From Candidatus Omnitrophota bacterium (lineage in GTDB: Bacteria; Omnitrophota; Gorgyraeia; Gygaellales; Profunditerraquicolaceae), in assembly GCA_041650795.1 (NCBI GenBank), contig JBAZKK010000003.1:2386-66385 (forward strand): a stretch of DNA of 64,000 bases, read 5' to 3'. The notes beneath the pieces were generated by a model. It saw only the letters and a list, made by a program, of their open reading frames with translations. It was not told the DNA's origin and did no database searches. A program made the position numbers and the translations under genes. Numbering within the stretch: the first letter of the stretch is position 1; the number at the start of each line of letters is the position of its first letter. Positions 7,794 through 16,583 of this stretch are shown one piece after another.

Positions 7794-8968
7794 GAAATGT
7801 AACAGCAGGTTTTATTTTTTCCCTGATCCTTGGCCTGATAAAGCGCCTGGTCGGACAGAAAGATTAATTCCGCAGCGCTGGAAGCGTTATCCGGGAACGA
7901 GGCCAAGCCGATGCTTACGGTAAGTTTTTTATTCGGAAGTATCTCTTCGTGCAGAAAGGAATGCTTTTCGATATCCTGCCTTAGGCGTTCCGCAATCAGA
8001 TAAACCTCATTTCTCTGGGACTCCGGCACTATAATCGCAAATTCCTCTCCGCCGTAACGGCAGACGAAGTCCATTTTACGGGAATGGCTTTTAAGCAGGC
8101 CGGCTAATTCTTTGAGGATTTTGTCTCCCGCCTGATGCCCCAGCGTGTCGTTATATATTTTAAAGTCGTCAATATCAATCATTATCAGGCTCAGGCGTCC
8201 CCGGGTAGCCTTGGCTTTTTCCAGCTCTTCCTGCAGAAGATAACGGAAGTAACCGTGGTTCCAGAGCTCGGTGAGGGAGTCTGAGTGGGCACGGACCACT
8301 GTTTTTTCATAAAGATGGGAATTATCGATGGCCAACCCGGCTTGGTTAGCCAGCATTATCAGCATGCGCATATCGTTTTTGTCAATGGGCTTTTTGGTGA
8401 TGAAATTATCGGCGATGATGATGCCGTTTACCCTGTCTTTGGCTTTTAATGGCACGACTGCCAGCTCGTCGGTTTTCAATAATTTTATTACGGTATCCGA
8501 TTGGTAGGAGACGATGCTTTCTTTTGTCAGGTGCAAGGGCATTCCTTCCAGGACAGTCAGCGCCAGCAATCCCCCCCTGGTATCATGCAGGGGAATCTTG
8601 AGAAGTTTAATCTCCTGGTTGAAGGTGGATTCCTGGGGGGAGGATTTTTGGTATGCGCTGATGAGGTCATCCATATCCATTTTGTGATGCTCTATGTGTT
8701 TCCAAATGTGGTTAGCGTCTTCACCGTTGTCCGGGCCGATACCCATCTTGCCTTCGATGATATTTTCCTTGTCATTTACCAAAAAGAGCATGGCGCGGTT
8801 GAACCCGAGTCCGGTGTGCGCAGTTACGCCTGTCAGAATGATGTATAGTATCTCATCCAGCTTTAAGGTAGTGCGCATAGCATTGGAAATCTCATAGAGT
8901 ATGCTAAGCTCGCGCTGGGCGCGTTCTAATTCGTTCTGGTATTCTTCCGGTTTTTTGGCGCCTTCCAT
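7790..8968 (-). CDS. GAF-domain diguanylate cyclase (GGDEF)
   Basis: C-terminal GGDEF domain has active site RYGGEEF and an RxxD I-site (RKMD) 5 residues upstream. The N-terminal region is GAF-like (LDEILYIILTGV...GFNRAMLFLV). Its stop overlaps the smc stop (shared TTAA at 7790..7793). Confidence 0.9.
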   Translation of the reverse strand: MEGAKKPEEYQNELERAQRELSILYEISNAMRTTLKLDEILYIILTGVTAHTGLGFNRAMLFLVNDKENIIEGKMGIGPDNGEDANHIWKHIEHHKMDMDDLISAYQKSSPQESTFNQEIKLLKIPLHDTRGGLLALTVLEGMPLHLTKESIVSYQSDTVIKLLKTDELAVVPLKAKDRVNGIIIADNFITKKPIDKNDMRMLIMLANQAGLAIDNSHLYEKTVVRAHSDSLTELWNHGYFRYLLQEELEKAKATRGRLSLIMIDIDDFKIYNDTLGHQAGDKILKELAGLLKSHSRKMDFVCRYGGEEFAIIVPESQRNEVYLIAERLRQDIEKHSFLHEEILPNKKLTVSIGLASFPDNASSAAELIFLSDQALYQAKDQGKNKTCCYIS

Positions 8969-8977
8969 AATGCTTAG

Positions 8978-9006
8978 AATTTAACATATTTTAAGCCTCC
9001 TGTCAA
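8978..9006 (-). promoter_or_regulatory. candidate promoter of the GGDEF gene (TTGACA-N17-TAAATT on the minus strand)
   Basis: Minus-strand TTGACA = 9006..9001, 17-nt spacer, TAAATT = 8983..8978. Only 9 nt separate it from the ATG (8968) and there is no SD, implying a near-leaderless mRNA. Confidence 0.35.
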
Positions 9007-9010
9007 CCTA

Positions 9011-9066
9011 CAGAAACACTTTCCAATCCATAGCAGAAACGTTTTCCGAGCCAAACCGGACAGTGT
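9011..9066. repeat. REP-type left end (modules 1, 2 and left arm of module 3)
   Basis: cagaaacactttccaatc (9011..9028) is 18/18 identical to 2460..2477. cagaaacgttttcc (9034..9047) is the exact reverse complement of 2547..2560. cggacagtgt lies at 9057..9066. Confidence 0.75.
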
Positions 9067-9135
9067 TATTTGATAAAAATTTTTGTTAGGTATATATTGT
9101 TTGCGCGTCTATTAAAGCAAAAGGGGGTGATTTTT

Positions 9136-9621
9136 ATGTCAGCGCGCTCAAAGATATTATTGAAAAACGGATGTTACCATCTAACTGCCAGAGGCAATCA
9201 AAAACAACGAATTTTCTTAGATGATCAAGACTACGCGGCATTCGTCGGGCGTTTAAAAAAATACAAAAGAAGATATGGTTTAAAGCTTTACGGTTTTTGC
9301 CTGATGCCGAACCATTTACATCTCATCGCTGAATTTGACGAACCGCAATGGTTATCTAAATTCATGCAGGTGATTTTACGGTCTTACACGAGTTATTTCA
9401 ACAAAAAATATAATAAAGTTGGCCATTTGTGGCAAGGCAGATTCAACAGCAGACTTATTACAAGGGATGCTTATTTGCTGGATTGTTTAAATTATGTCGA
9501 ATTCAATCCGGTAAGAGCTGGTATAGCCAGGAGCGCGGGAGATTATAAGTGGAGTAGCTATAAAGAACGAGCGCTCGAAAAAACAGCGGATTTTCTGTTA
9601 ATTGACTCTCTTGAACTTTAA
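9136..9621 (+). CDS. REP-associated tyrosine transposase-like protein (Y1_Tnp / IS200-like HUH family)
   Basis: HUH motif in LMPNHLHLIAE. Motif GHLWQGRFNSRLI. Catalytic-Tyr motif LNYVEFNPVRAGIA...YKWSSY. RBS aaggggg precedes the ATG at 9136; the ORF-track start at 9070 is probably too far upstream. Confidence 0.85.
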   Translation: MSARSKILLKNGCYHLTARGNQKQRIFLDDQDYAAFVGRLKKYKRRYGLKLYGFCLMPNHLHLIAEFDEPQWLSKFMQVILRSYTSYFNKKYNKVGHLWQGRFNSRLITRDAYLLDCLNYVEFNPVRAGIARSAGDYKWSSYKERALEKTADFLLIDSLEL

Positions 9622-9628
9622 TAATTAA

Positions 9629-9686
9629 AGACACTTTCCCGATTGCGTTGGAAAACGTTTCCCGATTGTATTGGAAAGTGTTTCTG
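9629..9686. repeat. REP-type right end (degenerate module 1 forward, module 2 reverse, module 1 reverse)
   Basis: ggaaaacgtttc (9650..9661) equals 2547..2558. ggaaagtgtttctg (9673..9686) is 14/14 identical to 2570..2583. There is an internal direct repeat tttcccgattg x2 (9635..9645, 9658..9668). Confidence 0.75.
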
Positions 9687-9698
9687 ATTATTAAATAA

Positions 9699-9727
9699 TT
9701 GACAGGGGCAAGGGGGTGGGATATAAT
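9699..9727 (+). promoter_or_regulatory. sigma70-type consensus promoter (TTGACA-N17-TATAAT) upstream of recA
   Basis: TTGACA at 9699..9704, 17-nt G-rich spacer ggggcaagggggtggga, TATAAT at 9722..9727. It lies 12 nt from the RAYT right end. Confidence 0.6.
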
Positions 9728-9786
9728 AAAAGACTCTATTTGAACGAGTTTCGGCTAAAATTCAAATTTGCGGACCGGAGGTAATT

Positions 9787-10812
9787 ATGTCAACCGTTGA
9801 GAAGAAAAAAGAGGATGCAAAGAATATTTCAGATAGGCATAAGGCGCTTGAATTGGCTTTGATGCAGATTGAAAAGCAGTTCGGCAAGGGCTCGATTATG
9901 AAGCTGGGGGGGGATGTCAAGGTCAACGTAGAGGCAATCCCTACTGGCGCCTTGACCCTGGATTGGGCGTTGGGGGTAGGAGGACTGCCTCGCGGAAGGG
10001 TAATCGAGGTTTTCGGGCCGGAAGCTTCCGGAAAAACCACCCTGACTTTGACCGTAATACGCGAAATCCAGAAAAAAGGCGGGGTAGCAGCTTTTATTGA
10101 TGCGGAGCATGCCTTTGACTCTACCTATGCCAAGATTATAGGCGTCAATCTCGAAGACCTTTTAATATCCCAGCCGGATACCGGCGAGCAGGCCCTGGAG
10201 ATTGCGGAAACCCTGGTGCGCTCCAACGCCGTGGACGTAGTAGTAATTGATTCCGTGGCTGCCTTGACCCCGCGCGCCGAGATCGAGGGGGAAATGGGTG
10301 ATTCGCACGTGGGCTTGCAGGCGCGCCTGATGTCGCAGGCACTGCGTAAACTTACCGCTGCCATAAGCAAGTCGCGCACCTGCGTGATTTTTATCAATCA
10401 GATACGCGAGAAGATCGGGGTGATGTTTGGTTCTCCCGAAACTACCCCCGGCGGCCGTGCGTTAAAATTCTACTCTTCAGTGCGCCTGGACGTAAGAAAG
10501 ATAGCTACCCTGAAGGCCGCGGATATGGTCATCGGCAACAGGGTCAGGGTCCGGGTAGTCAAGAACAAGGTCGCCCCGCCTTTCAAGGAGGGTGAGTTTG
10601 AAATACTGCATAACGAAGGCATTTCCAAGACCGGAAGCATAATCGACGCCGGTATAAACCTCAGTGTAATCGAAAAATCCGGCACTTGGCTTTCTTACGC
10701 CACCACTAAGCTTGGGCAGGGCCGCGACGCCGCCATCAAAACCCTGAAAGAGCAGCCTAAGCTGCAGGATGAGATTGAAAAGGAAATCCGGAAAAAAATT
10801 ACCTTAGGTTAA
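9787..10812 (+). CDS. recA: recombinase RecA
   Basis: [14 protein letters not shown], Walker [36 protein letters not shown]. Confidence 0.97.
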   Translation: MSTVEKKKEDAKNISDRHKALELALMQIEKQFGKGSIMKLGGDVKVNVEAIPTGALTLDWALGVGGLPRGRVIEVFGPEASGKTTLTLTVIREIQKKGGVAAFIDAEHAFDSTYAKIIGVNLEDLLISQPDTGEQALEIAETLVRSNAVDVVVIDSVAALTPRAEIEGEMGDSHVGLQARLMSQALRKLTAAISKSRTCVIFINQIREKIGVMFGSPETTPGGRALKFYSSVRLDVRKIATLKAADMVIGNRVRVRVVKNKVAPPFKEGEFEILHNEGISKTGSIIDAGINLSVIEKSGTWLSYATTKLGQGRDAAIKTLKEQPKLQDEIEKEIRKKITLG

Positions 10813-10830
10813 CAGGAGGCAAGAGGCAAA

Positions 10831-12249
10831 ATGAGAGTTAGGGGTATACTGCTGATCATGGCCTTAGCAGCAGGCGTAAGCGCAGGAGTATGGGAAACAG
10901 GAAGGGCTGCGCAGCCAGAAACCCTGCCCCAGGCAAGCGGCATTGAGGATGCAGTGGTAAACGTTGCCGCCAAGGTAGGCAAGGCAGTGGTTTCCATCAG
11001 CACCGAACATAAGATCCCTTCCGATAAAAATAAAAGGGTGTATTTTAATTCCCCGTTCGGAGATGAGGAATTTTTCCGCCGTTTCTTCGATGAATTCTTC
11101 GGCGATATGCCTGAGCGTGATTACCGCCAGGTGGCGCTGGGCTCCGGCGTAATCGTTGACCCGCAGGGTTACATCCTTACCAATGAGCACGTAGTCGAGG
11201 ATGCCGATAAGATTACGGTCACTCTTCCGGATGGAAGGGAATTCAAGGGAGAGGTGAAAGGCCGGGATCCCCGTTCAGATCTTGCTATTATAAAAATAGA
11301 TGCCAATAACCTTTCGGTGGTGCAGTTAGGGGAATCGGAGAGCCTTAAGATCGGACAGTGGGTCCTGGCAATCGGAAATCCTTTTGGCTTTGCTATGCAG
11401 AATCCGGAGCCTACGGTTACGGTCGGGGTAGTCAGCGCCCTGCACCGTTCGCTCGGTAGGAGCATCTCGCGGGAGCGCGATTACAATGATTTAATCCAGA
11501 CTGACGCTGCAATTAACCCCGGCAATTCCGGAGGCCCCCTGGTGAATCTCAAGGGAGAGGTGGTCGGAATTAATGCCGCTATATTCTCCACCAACGGAGG
11601 ATACCAGGGGATAGGTTTTGCCATCCCCATCAATACTGCCAGGAGGATAATCTCGCGGCTTATTGAAGGCAAAAAGATTGTTTACGGCTGGCTTGGTATA
11701 ACGGTGCAGGATATGTCAGTGGATTTAGCAAAACACCTGGGCCTTAAGGATAAAAACGGAGCCTTAATAGCAACCGTGCTTCCAGCAGGTCCGGCGGAAA
11801 AAGCAGGCATGAAAGAAGGGGATATCATCCGTAAATTCGATAACACTGATGTCAATAACGTAAGGGAGCTTTTGAGCCTTGTCGGCAGGGCCGAGCCGGG
11901 ACGCAAGGTAAAGGCAACACTGCTGCGCAATAATAAGGAGCTAACCTTGAACGTCGAGGTGGGAGAGAGGCCGGATAACCTTGAGGAATCGGATGCCGGC
12001 GCCACCCGGAACAAAAGCAAAAAGTGGCGCGGGCTTGAGGTTTCCGAGTCGCAGAAAGGGCTGGTTATTTCTGAGATTGAGCAGGGCAGCGCCGCGGATG
12101 ATGCGGGTCTGGTAGCCGGAGAGGTGATCCAGGAAATTGATAAGCAGCCCGTTAAAACCCTTTCGGATTACCAGAAGGCCATTAAAGGGGTCAAGGGAGA
12201 TTGCCTTGTTAAGACCTCGCGCGGCTATTTCCTTATCAAGGGTGACTGA
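10831..12249 (+). CDS. htrA: periplasmic serine endoprotease HtrA/DegP family (trypsin domain + 2 PDZ)
   Basis: Signal-like N-terminus. Catalytic triad context TNEHVV / DLAIIK / GNSGGPL. Two PDZ-like segments follow. Confidence 0.9.
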   Translation: MRVRGILLIMALAAGVSAGVWETGRAAQPETLPQASGIEDAVVNVAAKVGKAVVSISTEHKIPSDKNKRVYFNSPFGDEEFFRRFFDEFFGDMPERDYRQVALGSGVIVDPQGYILTNEHVVEDADKITVTLPDGREFKGEVKGRDPRSDLAIIKIDANNLSVVQLGESESLKIGQWVLAIGNPFGFAMQNPEPTVTVGVVSALHRSLGRSISRERDYNDLIQTDAAINPGNSGGPLVNLKGEVVGINAAIFSTNGGYQGIGFAIPINTARRIISRLIEGKKIVYGWLGITVQDMSVDLAKHLGLKDKNGALIATVLPAGPAEKAGMKEGDIIRKFDNTDVNNVRELLSLVGRAEPGRKVKATLLRNNKELTLNVEVGERPDNLEESDAGATRNKSKKWRGLEVSESQKGLVISEIEQGSAADDAGLVAGEVIQEIDKQPVKTLSDYQKAIKGVKGDCLVKTSRGYFLIKGD

Positions 12250-12700
12250 TAAGCATTTTCAGAAGGCCAGGGATTATGCCTTTCTGCTTTTAAAGTTTAG
12301 GCTGCGCAGCGAGAAAGAATTATTACACCGACTTAAAGAGAAAAAATTCCAGGTCCAGGTAATCCATAAGGTCATCTTGTTTCTGAAAGAAAGGAAGTTT
12401 TTGGACGACCGGGAATTTGCCAGGGCATGGGTTGCCTCGCGCGCCAGCAGGCCGCTGGGGCCCTACAGGCTGCGTCAGGAATTAAAGCTTAAAGGCGTCA
12501 ACCAGGATATCATTGACGAAGAATTAGAGCGGTTAGAGGGGGGGTCTCCGGAAGCGGAGACCGTTTCGCGTATTGCGCGTGTCAAATTCGAAAAACTTTG
12601 CGCCAGGGAACCGGAAAAGGCAAAACGCCGCATTTATGAATATCTTATCCGCCGGGGATTTTCCTCCTCCAATGTCAGGGATGCTTTAGAAAATTTATGA
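12242..12700 (+). CDS. recX: recombination regulator RecX
   Basis: RecX-type repeats (ALRLLSxR-like: AFLLLKFRLRSEKELLHRLKEK...DDREFARAWV...GPYRLRQELKLKGV). Start is uncertain: GTG 12242 overlaps the htrA stop, while the ORF-track ATG 12137 lies inside htrA. Confidence 0.7.
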   Translation: MTDKHFQKARDYAFLLLKFRLRSEKELLHRLKEKKFQVQVIHKVILFLKERKFLDDREFARAWVASRASRPLGPYRLRQELKLKGVNQDIIDEELERLEGGSPEAETVSRIARVKFEKLCAREPEKAKRRIYEYLIRRGFSSSNVRDALENL

Positions 12701-15333
12701 AATCCGACTCCTTGAGAAAAAAATTCCTGGAATATTTCAAGTCTCATAATCACCGTGTCGTGGAGAGCGATTCTCTTGTTCCCGCAGGTGACCCCACGGT
12801 ATTATTCACCCCTGCCGGCATGAACCAGTTCAAGAAGCAATTTATGGGGATAATCGGGGATTTTACCCGCGCCGCCTCTTCGCAACGCTGCCTGCGCACG
12901 GATGACCTTGATAAGGTAGGAAAAACCAGCGGCCATCACACCTTTTTTGAGATGCTGGGTAATTTTTCCTTCGGGGATTATTTCAAGGAAAAGGCGATTC
13001 TCTACGCCTGGGGGTTTCTGACTAAAGAGCTTGGCGTCAGCCAGGATAAGCTTTGGGTGTCCGTGTATAAGGATGATGAAGAGGCTTATGCTATCTGGAG
13101 GGATAAGATAAAGCTTCCCGGGGAGAGGATTGTGCGTTTGGGGGATAAGGAGAATTTCTGGCCCTCGGAAGCAAAGCAGAAAGGCCCGAACGGGCCGTGC
13201 GGCCCCTGCTCGGAGATATTTTTTGACCAGGGCAGAAATGCGGGGTGCGGCAGGGATGGTTGCACGCCGCCCTGCAATTGCGGGAGGTTCCTGGAGGTCT
13301 GGAACCTGGTGTTTACCCAGTTTAACCGCAAAGAAGGAGGCAAGCTTGAGCCTCTCCCGCGCAAGAATATTGATACCGGCATGGGGCTTGAAAGGCTGGC
13401 AGCGGTAATGCAGGGGGTAGGCAGTAATTTTGAGACGGACCTTTTTAAGCCTTTGATTGGAGAGATCCTGCGCGAGGCCCCGGGACGGGCGAATGATAAG
13501 GAGGCCATTTATGCTGTCGCCGACCACATCCGCGCCGTTACGTTCGCAATCTATGACGGTGTTCTGCCTTCCAACGAAGGACGCGGTTATGTGATAAGGA
13601 AGCTGATACGCAAGGGCGCTTTGCACCTGGCAGCGCTCGGCATCAAGAAGCCGTTTCTCTATAAATTAGTAGCGGTGCTGGCGGATATTATGAAGGAGGC
13701 GTATCCGGACTTGAGCGAGCGCCGGGAGAATATCGCCGAGATTATCCTGGCGGAAGAGAAGAATTTTATCTCCATCCTGAATTCGAGTGACAGGATCTTC
13801 GGCGAGAAGCTTTCATCCGTTCTTTCTTCGGATAATGCGGAGAAAATAGGTGCGGCTTGCTTTAAGCTTTATGATACCTATGGGATACCCCTGGAGGTAA
13901 CCGCGGAATGGTTAGAGAAGAAAGGTTTTAAGGATCTGGCAAAAGTCAATAAATCTGCGGGCAGGAAATTGGAGGAGCAGAAGAGTCGCTCCAAGACGCA
14001 GAGCGCGATGAAAGGCGATGTTTTCGACGTTAAGGGATTACACCTGGACGTAAAGAAGACGCGGTTTTTGGGGTATGATAAATATGAGACCGCCGCCAAG
14101 GTACTCTGCATTTTGAAAGACAATAAGCAGGTGAAGAAGATTACAAAAGGCGAAGAGGCGAGCATTGTCCTGGATAAGACTGTTTTTTACGCTGAATCCG
14201 GAGGACAGGTAGGCGACAGCGGAAGCATAAAGAGCGCAAGGAGCGCCTTTGAGGTTTCCGGTACCTCGAAATCCGAGGGCGTATTTATTCATTGCGGAAA
14301 GATGAGGGAAGGAACCCTTAGGGCTGGGGGTGAGGTGAAAGCAATTGTTGATAAGGAGCGCCGCTTAAGCATTGCCCGCAACCACACCGCAACCCATCTT
14401 CTGCAGGCAGCGTTGAGAAAGATTCTCGGCGCGCACGTAAAACAGCAGGGGTCTCTGGTGGGGGCCGAGAGGCTGCGTTTTGATTTCACCCATTTCAAGG
14501 ACATTGACAACGAGCAGCTGCGCCGCATAGAGAGCGAGGTCAACGGCTATATACTGGATGATATCCAGCTCAATGCCAAAGAGACAACCTTATCCCAGGC
14601 AAAGAAGAAGGGGGCTTTGGCTTTCTTTGCGGAGAAATACGGCAAGACGGTCAGGGTAGTTGAGGTAGAAGGTGTCTCCAGTGAGCTTTGCGGAGGCACA
14701 CACCTTAACCACACCGGCCAGATAGGTCTTTTTAAGATAATCCAGGAGGGCTCTATTGCCAGCGGCATCAGAAGGATAGAGGCGGTTACGGGCAAGGTCG
14801 CTTACGCTCTTGTTAAGGAAGACGAGAGGATCATCGAAGAGGTGCAGTCTATCCTGAATACGGAAAAGGAGAAGATCCCCCAACAGCTGGAGGCGAAACT
14901 GTCTCGCCTTAAGGTCATGGAAAAAGAACGGCAGAGCATGAAGATCGAAGGGGTGCGCGCATCATTAGACAAGCTGCTGGCGTGCGCAGAGGACCTGGGC
15001 GGAATTAAGGTTATTGCCGAGGTTATCCCTGATGCAGATATGAACGTCCTAAGGAACACAATGGACGCCATCAAGAATAAGATATCCGGATGCGTGGCAG
15101 CATTGGGTGCGGCTGTTAACGGGCGCGCCATTCTGGTAATCGGCGTTACGCGGGACCTGGCGGAAAAAGGCTGGGATGCGGGCGGGCTTATTACGGCAGT
15201 AGCCAGTGTTATAGGCGGAAGCGGCGGAGGGAGAAAGGATTTTGCCCAGGCCGGAGGGAATAACCCGGAGAATTTTGCGCAGGCGTTTAAGGAGTTCAGG
15301 GATATAATTCAGGCAAGGGCGGCAATAAAATGA
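12697..15333 (+). CDS. alaS: alanine--tRNA ligase
   Basis: FTPAGMNQFK, RCLRTDD, HHTFFEMLGNFSFGDYFK, editing domain HTATHLL, C-terminal DHHA1-like GGGRKDFAQAGG. Confidence 0.97.
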   Translation: MKSDSLRKKFLEYFKSHNHRVVESDSLVPAGDPTVLFTPAGMNQFKKQFMGIIGDFTRAASSQRCLRTDDLDKVGKTSGHHTFFEMLGNFSFGDYFKEKAILYAWGFLTKELGVSQDKLWVSVYKDDEEAYAIWRDKIKLPGERIVRLGDKENFWPSEAKQKGPNGPCGPCSEIFFDQGRNAGCGRDGCTPPCNCGRFLEVWNLVFTQFNRKEGGKLEPLPRKNIDTGMGLERLAAVMQGVGSNFETDLFKPLIGEILREAPGRANDKEAIYAVADHIRAVTFAIYDGVLPSNEGRGYVIRKLIRKGALHLAALGIKKPFLYKLVAVLADIMKEAYPDLSERRENIAEIILAEEKNFISILNSSDRIFGEKLSSVLSSDNAEKIGAACFKLYDTYGIPLEVTAEWLEKKGFKDLAKVNKSAGRKLEEQKSRSKTQSAMKGDVFDVKGLHLDVKKTRFLGYDKYETAAKVLCILKDNKQVKKITKGEEASIVLDKTVFYAESGGQVGDSGSIKSARSAFEVSGTSKSEGVFIHCGKMREGTLRAGGEVKAIVDKERRLSIARNHTATHLLQAALRKILGAHVKQQGSLVGAERLRFDFTHFKDIDNEQLRRIESEVNGYILDDIQLNAKETTLSQAKKKGALAFFAEKYGKTVRVVEVEGVSSELCGGTHLNHTGQIGLFKIIQEGSIASGIRRIEAVTGKVAYALVKEDERIIEEVQSILNTEKEKIPQQLEAKLSRLKVMEKERQSMKIEGVRASLDKLLACAEDLGGIKVIAEVIPDADMNVLRNTMDAIKNKISGCVAALGAAVNGRAILVIGVTRDLAEKGWDAGGLITAVASVIGGSGGGRKDFAQAGGNNPENFAQAFKEFRDIIQARAAIK

Positions 15334-16553
15334 AGATCATACATTTTACCAGCAAGCAGCTGGAAAAAATCTATAACCGCGAAATCCTGCGTTCACGCCT
15401 TATCCAGGATAAGGTCAGCCGTATCATCAACGACGTGCGCCTGGGGGGCGATGAGGCGGTGCTTAAATATACCCGCAAGTTTGACGGGGTGAAGCTCAAC
15501 AGCAAACAACTGAAGGTTTCTCAGATAGAAATCAGCGGAGCTTACCAGAACATCAGCCCTAATTTTGTCTCCAGCCTTAAGGTGGTGATTGAAAACGTAA
15601 ACAGATTCTATGCCAAGGCACTAAAGAAGACCTGGAGGATGAAGGATAACGACGGCGTAGTTTTGGGAGAAAAATGCATCCCCCTGGAGAAAGTGGGTAT
15701 CTACATTCCCGCGGGAACCGCGCCCCTAGTTTCCACAGTATATATGACGGTCCTGCCCGCCAAGATAGCAGGGGTCAAAAGGATAGTTTTAATAACCCCC
15801 CCGGATAAGGATGGACATATCAACCCGCATATCCTGGTGGTTGCAGACCTATTAAAAGTAAGCGAGATTTACCGCGTAGGAGGAGCGCAGGGTATTGCCG
15901 CTTTGGCATACGGCACCAAGACCATCCCGAAGGTAGATAAGATTGTCGGGCCGGGCAATATCTATGTCAGCGAAGCCAAGAGGCAGGTCTTCGGTTATCT
16001 GGATATAGACATGATTGCCGGGCCTACGGAACTGGTTATCATTGCCAACCGTCATAGCGAGCCAAAGTACATAATTGCGGACCTTACTGCCCAGGCCGAA
16101 CACGCCCACGGGCTGGCGATTCTTATTACAAATTCCAAAGGCCTGGCGCGTGAGGTAAAAAGCCAGCTTTCCGGAATCAACGGCTTTATCATCCTAACCA
16201 AGAATCTGATCCAGGCGGTTGAGGTCGCCAACAGAATTGCGCCCGAGCACCTGGAGGTTTTGGTAAAGAACCCCCAGAGGCTCGTCAAAGGAATCAACAA
16301 TGCCGGGGCGATATTCCTCGGCCCTTATAGCCCGGCAGCCATAGGGGATTATGTTGCCGGACCCAGCCACGTGCTGCCGACACACGGCACAGCGAGGTTT
16401 TTCTCCGGCTTATCCGTGCTTGATTTTATTAAGACCAGCCATATAATAAGTTATTCCAAGAAGGCGCTTGAGAAAATGAAGGAGCCGCTGGAGAAGATTG
16501 CGGGGATTGAGGGGTTAAACAAGCATATAGATTCCGTGAAGGCAAGGTTTTAA
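15330..16553 (+). CDS. hisD: histidinol dehydrogenase
   Basis: YIPAGTAPLVSTV, GPGNIYV, AGPTELVII, DLTAQAEH, GDYVAGPSHVLPT. ATGA overlap with alaS. Confidence 0.95.
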   Translation: MKIIHFTSKQLEKIYNREILRSRLIQDKVSRIINDVRLGGDEAVLKYTRKFDGVKLNSKQLKVSQIEISGAYQNISPNFVSSLKVVIENVNRFYAKALKKTWRMKDNDGVVLGEKCIPLEKVGIYIPAGTAPLVSTVYMTVLPAKIAGVKRIVLITPPDKDGHINPHILVVADLLKVSEIYRVGGAQGIAALAYGTKTIPKVDKIVGPGNIYVSEAKRQVFGYLDIDMIAGPTELVIIANRHSEPKYIIADLTAQAEHAHGLAILITNSKGLAREVKSQLSGINGFIILTKNLIQAVEVANRIAPEHLEVLVKNPQRLVKGINNAGAIFLGPYSPAAIGDYVAGPSHVLPTHGTARFFSGLSVLDFIKTSHIISYSKKALEKMKEPLEKIAGIEGLNKHIDSVKARF

Positions 16554-16583
16554 AAGACAGTAGTTAGGGGCTAGGGAGAAATA

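Larger units (their letters stand above)
9011..9686 (+). mobile_element. RAYT / IS200-IS605-like element: Y1 transposase gene bracketed by REP-type left and right ends
   Basis: Left end 9011..9066 and right end 9629..9686 carry the same modules, in the same order and orientation, as the two halves of the palindrome at 2460..2583. Confidence 0.7.

Noticed and set aside
8501-8897. Plus-strand ORFs of 115 aa and 67 aa inside the GGDEF gene.
   Set aside because: They are antisense to the GAF domain region, with no RBS or motifs. The minus-strand frame carries the complete GAF-GGDEF architecture.
2460-9686. Whether the three repeat loci (2460, 9011, 9629) could be a degenerate CRISPR array or attL/attR of an island carrying HTH-smc-GGDEF.
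   Set aside because: There are only three loci, irregularly spaced by kilobases. They are built from nested palindromic modules rather than direct repeats with spacers. No cas or integrase genes are present. The enclosed genes are core (smc). The REP/RAYT interpretation fits better.
9741-9755. Possible LexA/Cheo-type SOS box (tGAACgagtTTCgg) in the recA leader.
   Set aside because: The right half-site is TTCG rather than GTTC at the required N4 spacing, with 4 mismatches to CGAACnnnnGTTCG. No lexA is in the window. It is kept only as part of the low-interest inverted-repeat finding.
12137-12241. ORF-track starts that lie inside the upstream gene: recX 12137, nusG 29547, fusA 40653, rplR 51327, leuC-like 60137, RAYT 9070.
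   Set aside because: In each case a downstream start codon coincides with the conserved protein N-terminus, with an RBS or a stop/start overlap. The upstream extensions have no homology signal.
12802-13626. 274-aa minus-strand ORF (with nested 140-aa and 92-aa ORFs) inside alaS.
   Set aside because: It is entirely antisense to the highly conserved AlaRS catalytic core. The translation is Arg/Pro/Gly-rich without motifs. This is a typical shadow ORF.
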